From: Candidatus Pacearchaeota archaeon
GTDB taxonomy: Archaea; Nanobdellota; Nanobdellia; Pacearchaeales; GW2011-AR1
Direction of reading: 5' to 3'
Assembly: GCA_018304025.1 (NCBI GenBank)
Contig: JAGVXA010000001.1
Coordinates: 2,431-66,430, forward strand
DNA length: 64,000 nucleotides
Both the position numbers and the translations under genes were made by a program. Below, piece after piece: positions 1 through 9,074 of the stretch; positions within the stretch are counted from its first letter, which is position 1; each line of letters begins with the position of its first letter. The notes under the pieces were generated by a model, which had not been told where the DNA came from, ran no database searches, and saw only the letters and a list, made by a program, of their open reading frames with translations.

Positions 1-266
1 TTACAAAAATCTAAATTGTCTACATAAACCTTAGCATTACGTCCCCCCTCGATACTAAAAAAATTAAAGGAGATATATTCATTGTTATAAGGTTCTGTTT
101 TAATAGCTTGAGAGTTCATACCTCCTCCGCCTCCTCCACTCCCGTTTAAACAATTGCTGTATTCGTCAGAAGCACAAGCACTTAAATCTACGCCCATAGC
201 ACTCACACCTCCAACCATAAAAATTACCAACAATAATCCAATAATCCACAACTCACTCTTTTTCAT
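1..266 (-). CDS. Secreted/surface protein, 5' part only (runs off the window)
   Basis: Not in the ORF track. Manual translation MKKSELWIIGLLLVIFMVGGVSA|MGVDLSAC...GSGGGGGG shows a Sec signal peptide; the frame is open to base 1. Confidence 0.75.
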   Translation of the reverse strand, partial: MKKSELWIIGLLLVIFMVGGVSAMGVDLSACASDEYSNCLNGSGGGGGGMNSQAIKTEPYNNEYISFNFFSIEGGRNAKVYVDNLDFC

Positions 267-532
267 TAAAAATCGAAGAAAAGGTTTTATTTAAACATGT
301 GTGAGCATTAAGAATTAGTAAATAATCAAGAATATAACAAAGATTTTTTAATTTTTGTTTAGATGAGTAGTAATTCTTTTTTATTAACTTAATTACGGTA
401 TAGAATAATGTTAATTTTCCGACGATAAAACAAAAGATTTAAATATTTTAAACAATTTAAATAATCCATATTCAGTGCGACACTATTACTTCGGCTTTAA
501 ACGAATTGCGTAAATCATGGCGTCGGCGTTTA

Positions 533-1909
533 TTATATTCGATATAAATTCCTATTTTTTAACAAACCATTGAGTTCTTTTTCCAATTCAATAAATACTG
601 AATCCCAATCTCCTGGTTTTGGCTGTCTGAATAATCTCATGCTTGGATACCACGGGCTGTCGGGGCGGTTAAGCAAATAACGCCACTCGGGTAAAAACGG
701 AAGTAAAGTCCACACGGGCTTATTCATTGCTCCAGCTAAGTGAGCCACGGAAGTGTCCACTGAAATAACTAAATCTAAATTTTCAATTAAGGCGGCTGTA
801 TCTGAAAAATCATTCATAATCGAGGACAAATCAGCTAGTTTTGAATCATCCATCTGCTGAGGAAATTTTTCTTTCTGCAATGAAAAAAAAGAAATTCCGT
901 GAATTTTAGTTAATGGTTTAAAATTCTCAAATGTTGTTGACCGATTTTTATCATTATAATGCAAAGGATTGCCTGCCCAAACAATCCCTACTTTGAGGTT
1001 GTTTGTTTTAAGCAATGGTTTTACTTTTTCAACAAGAATTGGCTCTGCTTTCAGATAAGGTGTGCTGTGCGGTATGTTGATTATATTCGTATGAAATAAT
1101 CTTGGCAAACTCATAAGATGGATGTAAAAATCAATATTCGGAACAGATTTGTTCTCGGGTTCTATTATTTCGTCTACTCCTGGAAAATCTTTAAACAGTT
1201 TCAAAAGCTCTTTTTTGCATTCGAGTATAATTTCTCCTCCTCTTTCTTTTACCAAAGGAAGATATCTAACGAATTGAATGTTGTCCCCGAATCCTTGTTC
1301 CATAACAACGAGCAATTTCTTATTTTTGAAGACTTCTCCGCCCCATTGCGGTTTATTAAAAACTCTTTTATCGTCGGACTTTTCCATTTTGAGGCGGAAT
1401 TCGTAATCTTCCCAGCCTTCTTCAAATCTTCCTAAAAGGAGCAGCAAAAGCCCCCTGTTCCAGTAGGCGTCATATAAATTTTTGTTTAGTTCTATTGCTT
1501 TGTTGTAATATTTAATTGCCTCGTTAAATTCTCCTATTTTTTTATGAAATAATCCGAGATAAAAATTAGCCACATATGATTTTATGTGAGAGCCGTCGAC
1601 ATCTAAAGATTTTTTAAAAGATTTGACTGCTTTTTCCTTGTTTCCGAATGCGTCATAAGCTTGCCCCAAATTGATATAATAACCGGCGTCAGATGTCTTA
1701 AACTCGAGAGCGTGTTCAATTTTATTTATTGCTTTTTCGTATTCTTTGTTTTGGTACAAGATTACCCCCAGTAAATGGAGGGCGTCGGGGATGTCGGGAT
1801 TAATCTCCAGAATTTTTTCATATAGGATTTTGGCTTTTTCAAGATTGCCTTCTTGATGCTCCTTCAAGGCCAATTCAAAAGCCTGGTTTATAGTTAGACT
1901 TTGACTCAT
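533..1909 (-). CDS. TPR-repeat protein with C-terminal GT-B (GT9-like) glycosyltransferase domain
   Basis: N-terminal TPRs; motifs EQGFGDNIQFVRY, VGIVWAGNP, DLVISVDTSVAHLAGA. Confidence 0.9.
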   Translation of the reverse strand: MSQSLTINQAFELALKEHQEGNLEKAKILYEKILEINPDIPDALHLLGVILYQNKEYEKAINKIEHALEFKTSDAGYYINLGQAYDAFGNKEKAVKSFKKSLDVDGSHIKSYVANFYLGLFHKKIGEFNEAIKYYNKAIELNKNLYDAYWNRGLLLLLLGRFEEGWEDYEFRLKMEKSDDKRVFNKPQWGGEVFKNKKLLVVMEQGFGDNIQFVRYLPLVKERGGEIILECKKELLKLFKDFPGVDEIIEPENKSVPNIDFYIHLMSLPRLFHTNIINIPHSTPYLKAEPILVEKVKPLLKTNNLKVGIVWAGNPLHYNDKNRSTTFENFKPLTKIHGISFFSLQKEKFPQQMDDSKLADLSSIMNDFSDTAALIENLDLVISVDTSVAHLAGAMNKPVWTLLPFLPEWRYLLNRPDSPWYPSMRLFRQPKPGDWDSVFIELEKELNGLLKNRNLYRI

Positions 1910-2029
1910 TTTATATTCGTCAAAATTTTCAGGAGTTTTTAAATATAAGGATTTCTAATTTCTTTTCTATCCCAAAATTATTTCATAAGGACAAAACAAA
2001 CGCGGAGATGAAATTTACAAAAATTGATT

Positions 2030-3055
2030 TTATTTTTTCTTTCGTTTACCAAGAAATCCTATTCCTCCCAAAGCCAATAAACCTAATGCTGCGGGCTCTG
2101 GGACTTCGGAAATACGGAACCCTATGTTATCGTGCTCGTCTACAGGGAGATCGTAGGTGCGAAATTTAGCATGAAGGACGTCACCAGGATTATAGTTGAA
2201 TGACCCTCCCCGCAAACTGCGAGATGAACCAACAACAGAACTATTCCACTCCCACACATTGCCGCCTTGGTCAAATGTGCCATATGCACTGATAGATGGT
2301 TTGGTTGTATAGGCTCCAACGTCGGTCAAGCCAGACTGATTGAAATTCGCTGAACCGTTAATTGAATTTGTGCCTGGAGGGGCTTCGTAATTTGGGGCAG
2401 TGTCTGATATTGTTGAGTAGTTCCAGTATCCTGCTCCGCCCGATTTGTTCGAATCATAGTATGCTGCTTTATACCATTCGTCCTCGCTTGGAATTACATA
2501 TTTTCCGTTTGTCTTTCGTGTTACTGCCAACAAATCAACACCACTCATCGCACCATTTAGATAATACGAACCGTCCTCGGTAGTTGCAATGTTTTGGCCA
2601 CCTGTTGGTTGGCTGTTGGTTAGCCAGTTGGCGAATCGAGCTGCGTCGCCCCAAGAAACATAATTGACTGGGCGGTTTGCGTAGTAGGAAGCAACATCAT
2701 ATTTGTAACTGCCCGGGGAGCCGATGCGATTAATCTGACAGCCGTCCTCGTTGGACAACATATTTGGATTGTATAATTCGTAAGTATCTGTTTGCGCCAC
2801 GGCATTGAGGAATTCGCAGTACTGCCCTGCTGTCACCTCGTACTTGCCGATATTGTACGAATAAGGTACGGCTCCGTAACCAGGAGTTTGATATCGCGTG
2901 TCTGGCGCATTGCCTGGATTGCCGACGGTAACCATTTCTAAATTCTTTATCGATTGGTCTGCCATACTAAAGACATTCGCATTTGTTTTTTCAGATAATC
3001 CTAAAGCTATTGTTCCTGCTAAAATAATTTTCGCTAATTTTCTTCTTAAAACCAT
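2030..3055 (-). CDS. SUMF1/EgtB/PvdO (FGE-sulfatase) domain protein with PEP-CTERM sorting signal
   Basis: IGKYEVT, RPVNYVSW, PSEDEWYKAA, DQGGNVWEW, RGGSF, IGFR; C-terminus VPEP-AALGLLALGGIGFLG-KRKKK; N-terminal signal peptide. ATG at 3055 preferred over the track start at 3064. Confidence 0.9.
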   Translation of the reverse strand: MVLRRKLAKIILAGTIALGLSEKTNANVFSMADQSIKNLEMVTVGNPGNAPDTRYQTPGYGAVPYSYNIGKYEVTAGQYCEFLNAVAQTDTYELYNPNMLSNEDGCQINRIGSPGSYKYDVASYYANRPVNYVSWGDAARFANWLTNSQPTGGQNIATTEDGSYYLNGAMSGVDLLAVTRKTNGKYVIPSEDEWYKAAYYDSNKSGGAGYWNYSTISDTAPNYEAPPGTNSINGSANFNQSGLTDVGAYTTKPSISAYGTFDQGGNVWEWNSSVVGSSRSLRGGSFNYNPGDVLHAKFRTYDLPVDEHDNIGFRISEVPEPAALGLLALGGIGFLGKRKKK

Positions 3056-3200
3056 AAAAAACACTTTCTTTGCGCTTATTTAAATCTTGTTCATATATTG
3101 TCATTTTGTTTAGTAGCAAAAATAATTGTTTTGAGAGAAGAGGAAGCTGGTTAAATTGCATCTAAATGTAATAAGTTTAAAATCGGTTTGACGTCGGTGT

Positions 3201-3461
3201 TCAACCGAAAATTTTCTGCCAGAAAGATTTCCTCGGCTCTTCGTAGGGAATTAACGGCTGGTAGGTAATTTGAGGAAGAGGTTTTACAACAGGAATTTCC
3301 GACTGCTGAGAATTAATTTTTTTAAATGCTTTTTCAATTTCTATCTTTGAATATCCCTGCGTGGACAGCGCCCACCTCAAGGAATTTTGATTGTATCCTT
3401 TTTTTGTGTTTTTTTCAACGTATTCGACAATTTCGTCAATTACGCTTTTTTCTCTGAACAT
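3201..3461 (-). CDS. Small helical protein with C-terminal amphipathic tail
   Basis: 86 aa; KGY..SLRWAL..QGY pattern; ends KSFWQKIFG. Confidence 0.75.
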   Translation of the reverse strand: MFREKSVIDEIVEYVEKNTKKGYNQNSLRWALSTQGYSKIEIEKAFKKINSQQSEIPVVKPLPQITYQPLIPYEEPRKSFWQKIFG

Positions 3462-3535
3462 CTTTTTTGGAAGAAATATCGATATTTATTTCTTTGTATA
3501 ATAATAATTATATATCCTTGTTATGTGAAAATGAG

Positions 3536-4090
3536 ATGTATGTAAAAGAGCGGACGAGAAAAGAAATTGAAGCGCGAATAGAAAGCATGGGGGATTATAT
3601 GCAAATGGGTTATTTGGCTGGGTGCTTGAAAAATCCTTTAGACTTTGATACGCGGAAATTTGTTTTGACGAAGCTGTCTGGATTATACGAGTCAAAAAAA
3701 ATGTTTTTAGACGCCGCGAAAATGCTTAAAATTGCGGCGGATATTAACACGACGTATCAGGCGAAAATTATTGATTTCGTCAAGGCCTGCGAATTGTTTC
3801 TTCGAGCCGGAGATCACGAGCAGGTTGACTTGTGCATGAAAATGGCGCTTGGCGTCGCTAATGAAAAACAAAAATTAGAAATCAAAAGAACTATCAAAGA
3901 GTTTTACAAAATGTGGGGAAAGTTTTATATTGAAAGCGGAAAGAAAAAACAGGCGATTGAAACTTACGAAAAACTTTGGCATTTTGGATTGTCCGACGAT
4001 GAAAAATCAGAAGTCAGAGATGAGCTTATGAAGATTTACAAAGAACTGGGGAAGATAAGGGAATACGACACTTGGAAGAATAGAAATTAA
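3536..4090 (+). CDS. All-helical TPR-like hypothetical protein
   Basis: Helical repeat pattern; ATG at 3536 preferred over the track start at 3467. Confidence 0.7.
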   Translation: MYVKERTRKEIEARIESMGDYMQMGYLAGCLKNPLDFDTRKFVLTKLSGLYESKKMFLDAAKMLKIAADINTTYQAKIIDFVKACELFLRAGDHEQVDLCMKMALGVANEKQKLEIKRTIKEFYKMWGKFYIESGKKKQAIETYEKLWHFGLSDDEKSEVRDELMKIYKELGKIREYDTWKNRN

Positions 4091-4116
4091 AAAATAAAGG
4101 GAAAAGAAAATAAAAA

Positions 4117-4227
4117 TTATTCATTCACTGATTCTAAGCCATCGAAGAGTTCGTCTTGATCGACGTCCAGCTCTTCATCGACAAAGTCAAATGATTTATC
4201 TTTCTCGGGCACCTCTTTTGATACCAT
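4117..4227 (-). CDS. 36-aa acidic microprotein
   Basis: Manual translation MVSKEVPEKDKSFDFVDEELDVDQDELFDGLESVNE; TATA-like element about 30 nt upstream. Confidence 0.5.
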   Translation of the reverse strand: MVSKEVPEKDKSFDFVDEELDVDQDELFDGLESVNE

Positions 4228-4347
4228 TTTACTTTTTCTTTTTCTGTTAGTTTTACTATATAAATATTTGGTTTGTGGAGGGGGCGGACAAAATGCTGAT
4301 AAAATTGGGGTAGGAAAGTTTAAAAATGAACTAAATTAAATTTAACC

Positions 4348-4485
4348 ATGGCGCAATATAAATGTTTTAAATGCGAGAAGCCGATAAGCAGCAAAATCCT
4401 CGAGAAGAGATTTGTATGCCCTCACTGCGGCTCGAAGATTTTTTACAAGCCAAGAACGCAAATAGTTAAATTGAAAGCTGTATAA
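4348..4485 (+). CDS. rpo12: DNA-directed RNA polymerase subunit P (Rpo12)
   Basis: Below the track cutoff; MAQYKCFKC...FVCPHCGSKIFYKPR zinc ribbon; directly upstream of prefoldin beta, as in the conserved archaeal gene order. Confidence 0.92.
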   Translation: MAQYKCFKCEKPISSKILEKRFVCPHCGSKIFYKPRTQIVKLKAV

Positions 4486-4821
4486 ATGGATTCTGAAACA
4501 AACAAGCAAATTGAAGAAATGCAAGTTTTAGAGCATCATCTGCAAACTTTGCTGAACCAGAAGCAGGTTGTTCAAATTGAGCTGAACGAAATTGAAAATG
4601 CGCTTAGTGAACTGAAAAATTCTGATGACGAAGTTTACAAATTTTTGTCCGGAATCATGATAAGATCTGACAAAAAAACGCTGAATAAAGAACTGGGCGA
4701 AAGAAAAAAAATTGCGGAGATGAAAATTTATTCTATAGAAAAACAAGAGAAGCTGATTGAAGGAAAATCCGCTGAGCTTAAAAAAGAGATTAATGAATCT
4801 GTTTCCAAAAATAAGAAGTGA
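4486..4821 (+). CDS. pfdB: Prefoldin beta subunit
   Basis: Coiled coil / VYKFLSGIMI hairpin / coiled coil; 111 aa. Confidence 0.9.
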   Translation: MDSETNKQIEEMQVLEHHLQTLLNQKQVVQIELNEIENALSELKNSDDEVYKFLSGIMIRSDKKTLNKELGERKKIAEMKIYSIEKQEKLIEGKSAELKKEINESVSKNKK

Positions 4822-4865
4822 TTTATTACAGCAATATTTATATAGTACTGGGAATAAAAATTGAA

Positions 4866-5243
4866 ATGGGAATTAGAAATTTGTTTGGCGGAAGAGGAGG
4901 AGAAGAGGAGTACGTTGAAATTGACGTTGATTCTGCAAAGCCAGAAGAGAACAAGGTTTCTGTAAAGCCGTTTATTTTGAAAAGTTTTGACGGGGTTGAT
5001 GATATTTTAAATGCTTTGAGAGAGGGATATAATATAGCTGTTATTGATATTAAGCAGTTGAAGTCTAAAGATATTGTTGAATTGAAGAGGGCGATTTCCA
5101 AGATTAAGAAAACAACAGAGGCTTTGGAAGGCTCGATTGCTGGGTTTGGGGAAAATATTATTATTGCTACGCCGCAGTTTGCCAAGATTTACAAGCCGAT
5201 TGAAAAGAAAAAGAGAGATAGTCCTGATTTTATCAGCGGTTAA
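4866..5243 (+). CDS. sepF: Cell division protein SepF
   Basis: N-terminal amphipathic MGIRNLFG, EEEYVEID, LREGYNIAVIDI, LEGSIAGFGENIIIATP. Confidence 0.85.
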   Translation: MGIRNLFGGRGGEEEYVEIDVDSAKPEENKVSVKPFILKSFDGVDDILNALREGYNIAVIDIKQLKSKDIVELKRAISKIKKTTEALEGSIAGFGENIIIATPQFAKIYKPIEKKKRDSPDFISG

Positions 5244-5269
5244 TTCTTCATATTACTTATTATAATAGA

Positions 5270-5647
5270 CTATCTTTGTGCGATGGAGAAAACGACTTTT
5301 AACGCGACAATTATTGTTGCGGGGACAAATAATACTAACAGCGCGCCTAATACTGAAGATATAATGCTTCCGATTTCAATTCCGCGGATGGCTGCGTCTA
5401 AAACCAATCCTTGGATTCCTGCGAAGCTGACGATTACTAAAGATACTGAAGCGTAAAGAAAAGTCTGGATGTCTTTTTCCGCGACAAAGTATCCGACTAT
5501 TATTCCCAGCAGCGCCAAGACTCCTAATATAATAGGACTTGTGTTGATGCGAGAAAAGCTTGTTATAATTCCGACTGAGACTGCAAGAACAACGCCTGCT
5601 AAAAATGCCCAGGCGCCGATTAAATTTTCTCTTGATTTTATTGGCAT
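5270..5647 (-). CDS. Hypothetical four-TM membrane protein
   Basis: Four hydrophobic segments. Confidence 0.75.
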   Translation of the reverse strand: MPIKSRENLIGAWAFLAGVVLAVSVGIITSFSRINTSPIILGVLALLGIIVGYFVAEKDIQTFLYASVSLVIVSFAGIQGLVLDAAIRGIEIGSIISSVLGALLVLFVPATIIVALKVVFSIAQR

Positions 5648-5808
5648 TTTGCTTACCTCTTTTTTATTGTGAATTTTAGGATACAAGTTTATTTAAATGT
5701 TTGTTTAATTATTTGTCTTCGACAAATCTTTTTTATGAAGAAAATTATTATTGCAAAAAAGTATAGAAATGTTTAAATAGGGCTTTGTAATCCAAAAGTT
5801 ACGACAAA

Positions 5809-7821
5809 ATGAAATCAAAAATTTTGACATCTGGCTTGTTTGTAATTTTCGCGCTGGTTTTAGCTGCGGGATTGGCTAGCGCTGCAGGACTAAATGTTAT
5901 TGATGTTACTGGAAATAACCAAAACGCAGCTTCTGGTTCTCAGATTACACTTTCTTTCAAATTACAAAACGATGCGGCTAATGCTTATACTATATCTAAT
6001 ATTATATTAAATTTCCCTGGATTGAGCGGAGCAGGCACAATTGCTGAAAGCGCTTGGACAAACAAGCCATCAATTAGCGAACTAACTCTTGAACCTGGTG
6101 CAACTTCTGGAGTATTGACTGTAAAATTAAATGTTCCTGCTGGACAAACAGCAGGAGCTTATAGCGGATTAATAACTGGAACTTGCGAGTATTCAACTTC
6201 ATTAGGAACTTTGAGAAATATAAACGGACAGATTCCAGTTACTTTAAACGTGAACGCAATACCTGGCTTGGACGTAACACAGAAGACAGCTATAACTGGA
6301 ACAACAAACGGAACTATTGAAGTCAAGAATACAGGAAATACTGTTCTTAGTAATATTGAATTAACAAATTCTGTTGAAGATTTTGATGTTGATTTTTCCG
6401 GCAGTGATGTTTCAAATAATAAAATTTCATCTCTTTCACCAGGAAGCAAGGTTGACGTAACTGTAGCTCCAGTTGAATTAGGAACAGTTGGACTTGGCGG
6501 AAAAGCTGTTACAGTCACAGCAACTGCAAGCGACGGAACAACAGACAGCCTGGCAATGAATGTTGCTGGTTCATTTTGCAAGAACGGAGCGAAAGGCGGA
6601 AACTTAGTTATTAATGATCTTGAAATTAACAATCAAGGAGACGGAGACGATGACGCTTGGAAATTACTTGATACTATTGAGATAAACGTAGATGTAGAAA
6701 ATGAAGGAGATGTTGATGTTGATGATGTTTTTGTTGAGCTTGGAATATTCGACAGCTCTGGAGATGACGTAACAGACAATTTTGATTTTGAAAATACTGA
6801 CGAAGAACAAATTGACTTGGGCAACTTTAACGACGGCGATGACGACACTGCTACATTTACATTCAGAGTTCCTGCAGATGTTGAAGACGGAAGATACAAA
6901 GTTGCTGTAAAAGTCTACAGCGATGACTTTGGAGAAAGCGACGAATGTTCTGACGTGTTTGACGGAAAGAAATTTGAAGAAATTGATGTTGAAAGAGAAA
7001 ATGACGAAGGAAACTTTATTGCTTTTGAAGATAGTGCTATAACTCCATCGCAATTAACTTGCGGAGAAAAGGCAGTATTAACTACTAATGTTTATAATAT
7101 TGGAGACGAAGACCAAGATCAAGTTAAAGTGACTTTGTTTGATTCTGACTTGGGCGTTAATACTTTCTTTGAAATAAGAAATGACTTGGACCAGGGCGAC
7201 AAAGAAGAAGTTACATTTAATTTTGCTATTCCACAGAACTTGAAAGATGGAATATATTATATGTCTTTGTGGGCTGAATACGATTACAACAGAGGAAGCT
7301 ACAGAGAAAAATCAGAAGAAGAAACAAAAGTTCCTGTAACTATCTCTGGATGCAGCGCTGCTACGACTCAACCTAGTGGAAAACCTGCTTCAATTACTGC
7401 TGTTCTTGGTTCTGATGCTGCTGCTGGAAAAGAACTTGTTGTAGACGCTACAATAACTAACTTGAAGAGCAAGTCAACAAGCTTTGTTGTCAGCGGATTA
7501 GAATATGAAGACTGGGCTACATTGAGCGATATATCTGAAAGAATAATTACACTAGACGCTGGAGAAAGCAAGGAAATTACGTTCAGATTTGACGTTAATA
7601 ACGATGTTAGCGGAGAACAATCATTTGTTGTTGAAGCAAGAACAGGCGACAACGAAGCTGTGACAAGAGAAGTTGCAGTTAACATCGCAGGAAGAACAGG
7701 CGGAATTACAGGATTTGCTTCGTTTGGCGAAGGAAACTCACTTATCTGGATAATTGGAATAATCAATGTTGTTTTGATTGTTTTGATAATTATTGTTGCT
7801 GTTAGAATTTCTAGGAGATAG
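5809..7821 (+). CDS. Putative S-layer-associated surface protein (Ig/CARDB-like domains, acidic), C-terminal TM anchor
   Basis: Signal peptide; repeated xNxG beta-sandwich motifs; D/E-rich middle; GITGFA motif followed by TM and RISRR. Confidence 0.8.
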   Translation: MKSKILTSGLFVIFALVLAAGLASAAGLNVIDVTGNNQNAASGSQITLSFKLQNDAANAYTISNIILNFPGLSGAGTIAESAWTNKPSISELTLEPGATSGVLTVKLNVPAGQTAGAYSGLITGTCEYSTSLGTLRNINGQIPVTLNVNAIPGLDVTQKTAITGTTNGTIEVKNTGNTVLSNIELTNSVEDFDVDFSGSDVSNNKISSLSPGSKVDVTVAPVELGTVGLGGKAVTVTATASDGTTDSLAMNVAGSFCKNGAKGGNLVINDLEINNQGDGDDDAWKLLDTIEINVDVENEGDVDVDDVFVELGIFDSSGDDVTDNFDFENTDEEQIDLGNFNDGDDDTATFTFRVPADVEDGRYKVAVKVYSDDFGESDECSDVFDGKKFEEIDVERENDEGNFIAFEDSAITPSQLTCGEKAVLTTNVYNIGDEDQDQVKVTLFDSDLGVNTFFEIRNDLDQGDKEEVTFNFAIPQNLKDGIYYMSLWAEYDYNRGSYREKSEEETKVPVTISGCSAATTQPSGKPASITAVLGSDAAAGKELVVDATITNLKSKSTSFVVSGLEYEDWATLSDISERIITLDAGESKEITFRFDVNNDVSGEQSFVVEARTGDNEAVTREVAVNIAGRTGGITGFASFGEGNSLIWIIGIINVVLIVLIIIVAVRISRR

Positions 7822-7826
7822 TTAAG

Positions 7827-8069
7827 ATGAGTTTTCCTTTAGAAAAAATATTGCCTATTTCTACGCAGGATTATGCGGGACCGAATGTTAATGCAAAACT
7901 GATTTATAATATGGTTGGGGTTCATGGGAGTTCACTAGATAATTTGGCGGAGAAGGTTCCTGAAAGAACAGAAGTTGTGACTGACTTGAGATTTTCGGTA
8001 TCGGCCACTACCTATAATAGAACGGCAAATTTCTATTCTGGAACTGCATTGATTCCAAGAGAAAGATAA
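7827..8069 (+). CDS. Hypothetical protein
   Basis: 80-aa ORF starting 5 nt after the previous stop. Confidence 0.55.
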   Translation: MSFPLEKILPISTQDYAGPNVNAKLIYNMVGVHGSSLDNLAEKVPERTEVVTDLRFSVSATTYNRTANFYSGTALIPRER

Positions 8070-8089
8070 GACTGAAGCCAGATAAAGAA

Positions 8090-8260
8090 TCAAGAAATTT
8101 TAATTGCTCCTAAAATTAATAACGTCAGAAAAAACATTGTTATCCAAATAACAAAAGCTACGATTAACCAGTTCTTTTTGTTTTTGTTTTTTGAGAATGA
8201 AGCTATTGCGAGCCCTAACGTCGCTAAAAATAATGGAATAAGTTTTATTATTTCGTTCAT
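8090..8260 (-). CDS. 56-aa two-TM microprotein
   Basis: Manual translation MNEIIKLIPLFLATLGLAIASFSKNKNKKNWLIVAFVIW...; ATGA overlap with the upstream ORF. Confidence 0.6.
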   Translation of the reverse strand: MNEIIKLIPLFLATLGLAIASFSKNKNKKNWLIVAFVIWITMFFLTLLILGAIKIS

Positions 8261-8421
8261 GGCAAGATACCTCCTAATACGAGCAAAAAGTTACCGAATG
8301 CAAACCCGATTAATGCAAATAGGTTAACAGGATTTGTAATAAGAAAAGGCAGAGATAATACAATTATAAAACTTGCAATTAATCTTGTAATAAACCCCGT
8401 ATTTGCTTTTTTGTTTTTCAT
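8257..8421 (-). CDS. 54-aa two-TM microprotein
   Basis: Manual translation MKNKKANTGFITRLIASFIIVLSLPFLITNPVNLFALIGFAFGNFLLVLGGILP. Confidence 0.6.
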   Translation of the reverse strand: MKNKKANTGFITRLIASFIIVLSLPFLITNPVNLFALIGFAFGNFLLVLGGILP

Positions 8422-8508
8422 AAATTAAATAAGGGCGTGTCTGTTAAATAATTTTCTGTTTTGACGTTTTGACGTAAGTAGGTTTTTAAACTTCTTTATT
8501 TATTTTAA

Positions 8509-9066
8509 TTGATGAATAAAAAAGAAGCTGTGAACTTAGCGATGAGGTATTTGATTCTGCTTTTGCTTGGGTTGTCCTTGAGTTTTTTTTATTCTGTGTT
8601 CACGCCGCTGACTGTCTGGCCTGTTTATTGGTATTTGGGCTTGTTGAATGCTGGAACGAGATTGTTTGAAGGGAATGTGATATTCTTCAGAGGAGAGTAT
8701 ATTGAAATAATCGGGGCGTGCGTTGCTGGCGCTGCTTATTATCTTTTATTGATACTGAATCTTGGGACTCCAATGGACGCTTTGAAAAGAATTAAGAGTA
8801 TTTCTTTTTTAATTGGGAGTTTTCTTTTATTGAATATTGCGAGAATAGTTCTGTTTAGTTTATTGCTTGCCGGAGGATTTGGGTTTTTTGATTTGGCGCA
8901 TAAACTGACTTGGTATTTCGGCAGTACTCTTTTGGTTGTAGTGCTTTGGTTTGTTAATGTCTGGCTGTTTGATATTCGCGAGATTCCGATTTACAGCGAC
9001 GTCTTGGGACTTTTTGGAGATGTATTCAGAGGGAAGATAGGAAATATTAAAAAAGGGCAACGGTAA
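8509..9066 (+). CDS. Exosortase/archaeosortase family protein (pacearchaeosortase-like)
   Basis: Multi-TM, about 185 aa; catalytic-triad pattern IEIIGACVA (Cys), NIARI (Arg), DLAH (His). Confidence 0.8.
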   Translation: MMNKKEAVNLAMRYLILLLLGLSLSFFYSVFTPLTVWPVYWYLGLLNAGTRLFEGNVIFFRGEYIEIIGACVAGAAYYLLLILNLGTPMDALKRIKSISFLIGSFLLLNIARIVLFSLLLAGGFGFFDLAHKLTWYFGSTLLVVVLWFVNVWLFDIREIPIYSDVLGLFGDVFRGKIGNIKKGQR

Positions 9067-9074
9067 GAGATTAG

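Noticed and set aside
470..532. Hairpin as an integron attC site
   Set aside because: No RYYYAAC...GTTRRRY boundaries and no integrase in the window
4342..4524. Track ORF on the minus strand
   Set aside because: Antisense to the clearly recognisable rpo12 gene
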